DNA from: Eledone cirrhosa
Taxonomy: Eukaryota
Assembly (NCBI GenBank): GCA_964016885.1
Contig: OZ024742.1
Span: forward strand, 332,072,001-332,136,000
Direction: 5' to 3'
Length of the DNA stretch: 64,000 bases
Shown here piece after piece: positions 63,375 to 64,000 of the stretch. Every line of letters starts with the position of its first letter. Within the stretch, counting starts at the first letter, position 1. The notes beneath the pieces were generated by a model. That model had not been told where the DNA came from and did no database searches. It saw only the letters and a program-made list of their open reading frames with translations. The translations under genes were made by a program, and so were the position numbers.

Positions 63375-63580
63375 TCATCGTCAAGTGAGCGTCGGAAAAC
63401 AGGCTTTATGGCATATATCTACGCTCCTTTATGACCTGAGTTCAAATCGTGCCGAGGTTAGCTTTGCCATTCATCCTTACGGAGTCGATAAAATAATGGA
63501 CCAGTAATGCATTGGGATCGATTTAATCGACTTTCCCCTCCCCAAAAACTGCTGGCCTTGTGTCTAAATCAGAAACCAAT
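63375..63580 (+). mobile_element. tRNA-derived SINE
   Basis: GAGTTCAAATCGTGCCGAGG...CATCCTTACGGAGTCGATAAAATAA...GGCCTTGTG. Confidence 0.8.
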
Positions 63581-64000
63581 ATAATATTGTAACGCGTATC
63601 TAAACAAACGCAGTCCGTAACGAAACGAGTAGATATGTTTGCATATACATATATGTAAAAATATGTTCATTTATGCAAAAATGTATATATATTCAAATTT
63701 CAACATCTCCTTTTACTTGGGTGTGATAATCCATAGCACGAAGAAAAAACACAAAAATAGAGAAAAGTTAACGTATTACGCCTCGGTGAATATCAAAGCT
63801 TATCAAGATTTCGGACAATACGCACTTTGTCAAGATAGAGAGAAAGAGAATAGAAAAGAAAATTGTTGGGAAAAAATTGCATTATAATAAGGCCAGTGTT
63901 TTTACTTATGATGAAGCGGATGTAGATATGTATGTGGTTTCTGTGCGAAGAGAGTGCGTTGAATGGTACGTGAATATTTAGGTCTTGGGCAGAGAGTCAA

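Overview
AT-rich, microsatellite-laden eukaryotic genomic DNA. The dominant tRNA-derived SINE looks like the coleoid cephalopod (octopus) type; that assignment is an inference. No intact host gene, rRNA, tRNA or CRISPR array is supported. The centrepiece is a ~26 kb block (~3.75-29.4 kb) built almost entirely of non-LTR retrotransposon pieces, all on the minus strand and free of the SINEs and long (TA)n tracts that fill the flanks. It holds many RT-less Tx1/L1-type pieces, two RNase-H LINE 3' ends, a CRE 3' end, and a head-to-tail array of R2-clade elements (3 zinc fingers + Myb + RT + restriction-like endonuclease) with no rDNA around them. The spacer between the R2-like units carries conserved, covarying RNA structures and a candidate HDV-like pseudoknot. 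One copy has a 19x21-bp in-frame expansion at its ORF start and another is internally deleted. The rest of the window has a decayed RTE LINE, two generations of CRE-clade elements, a Helitron-like cluster with palindromic CTAG junctions, several fold-back repeats and many SINEs. All coordinates were read by eye and element boundaries are approximate.
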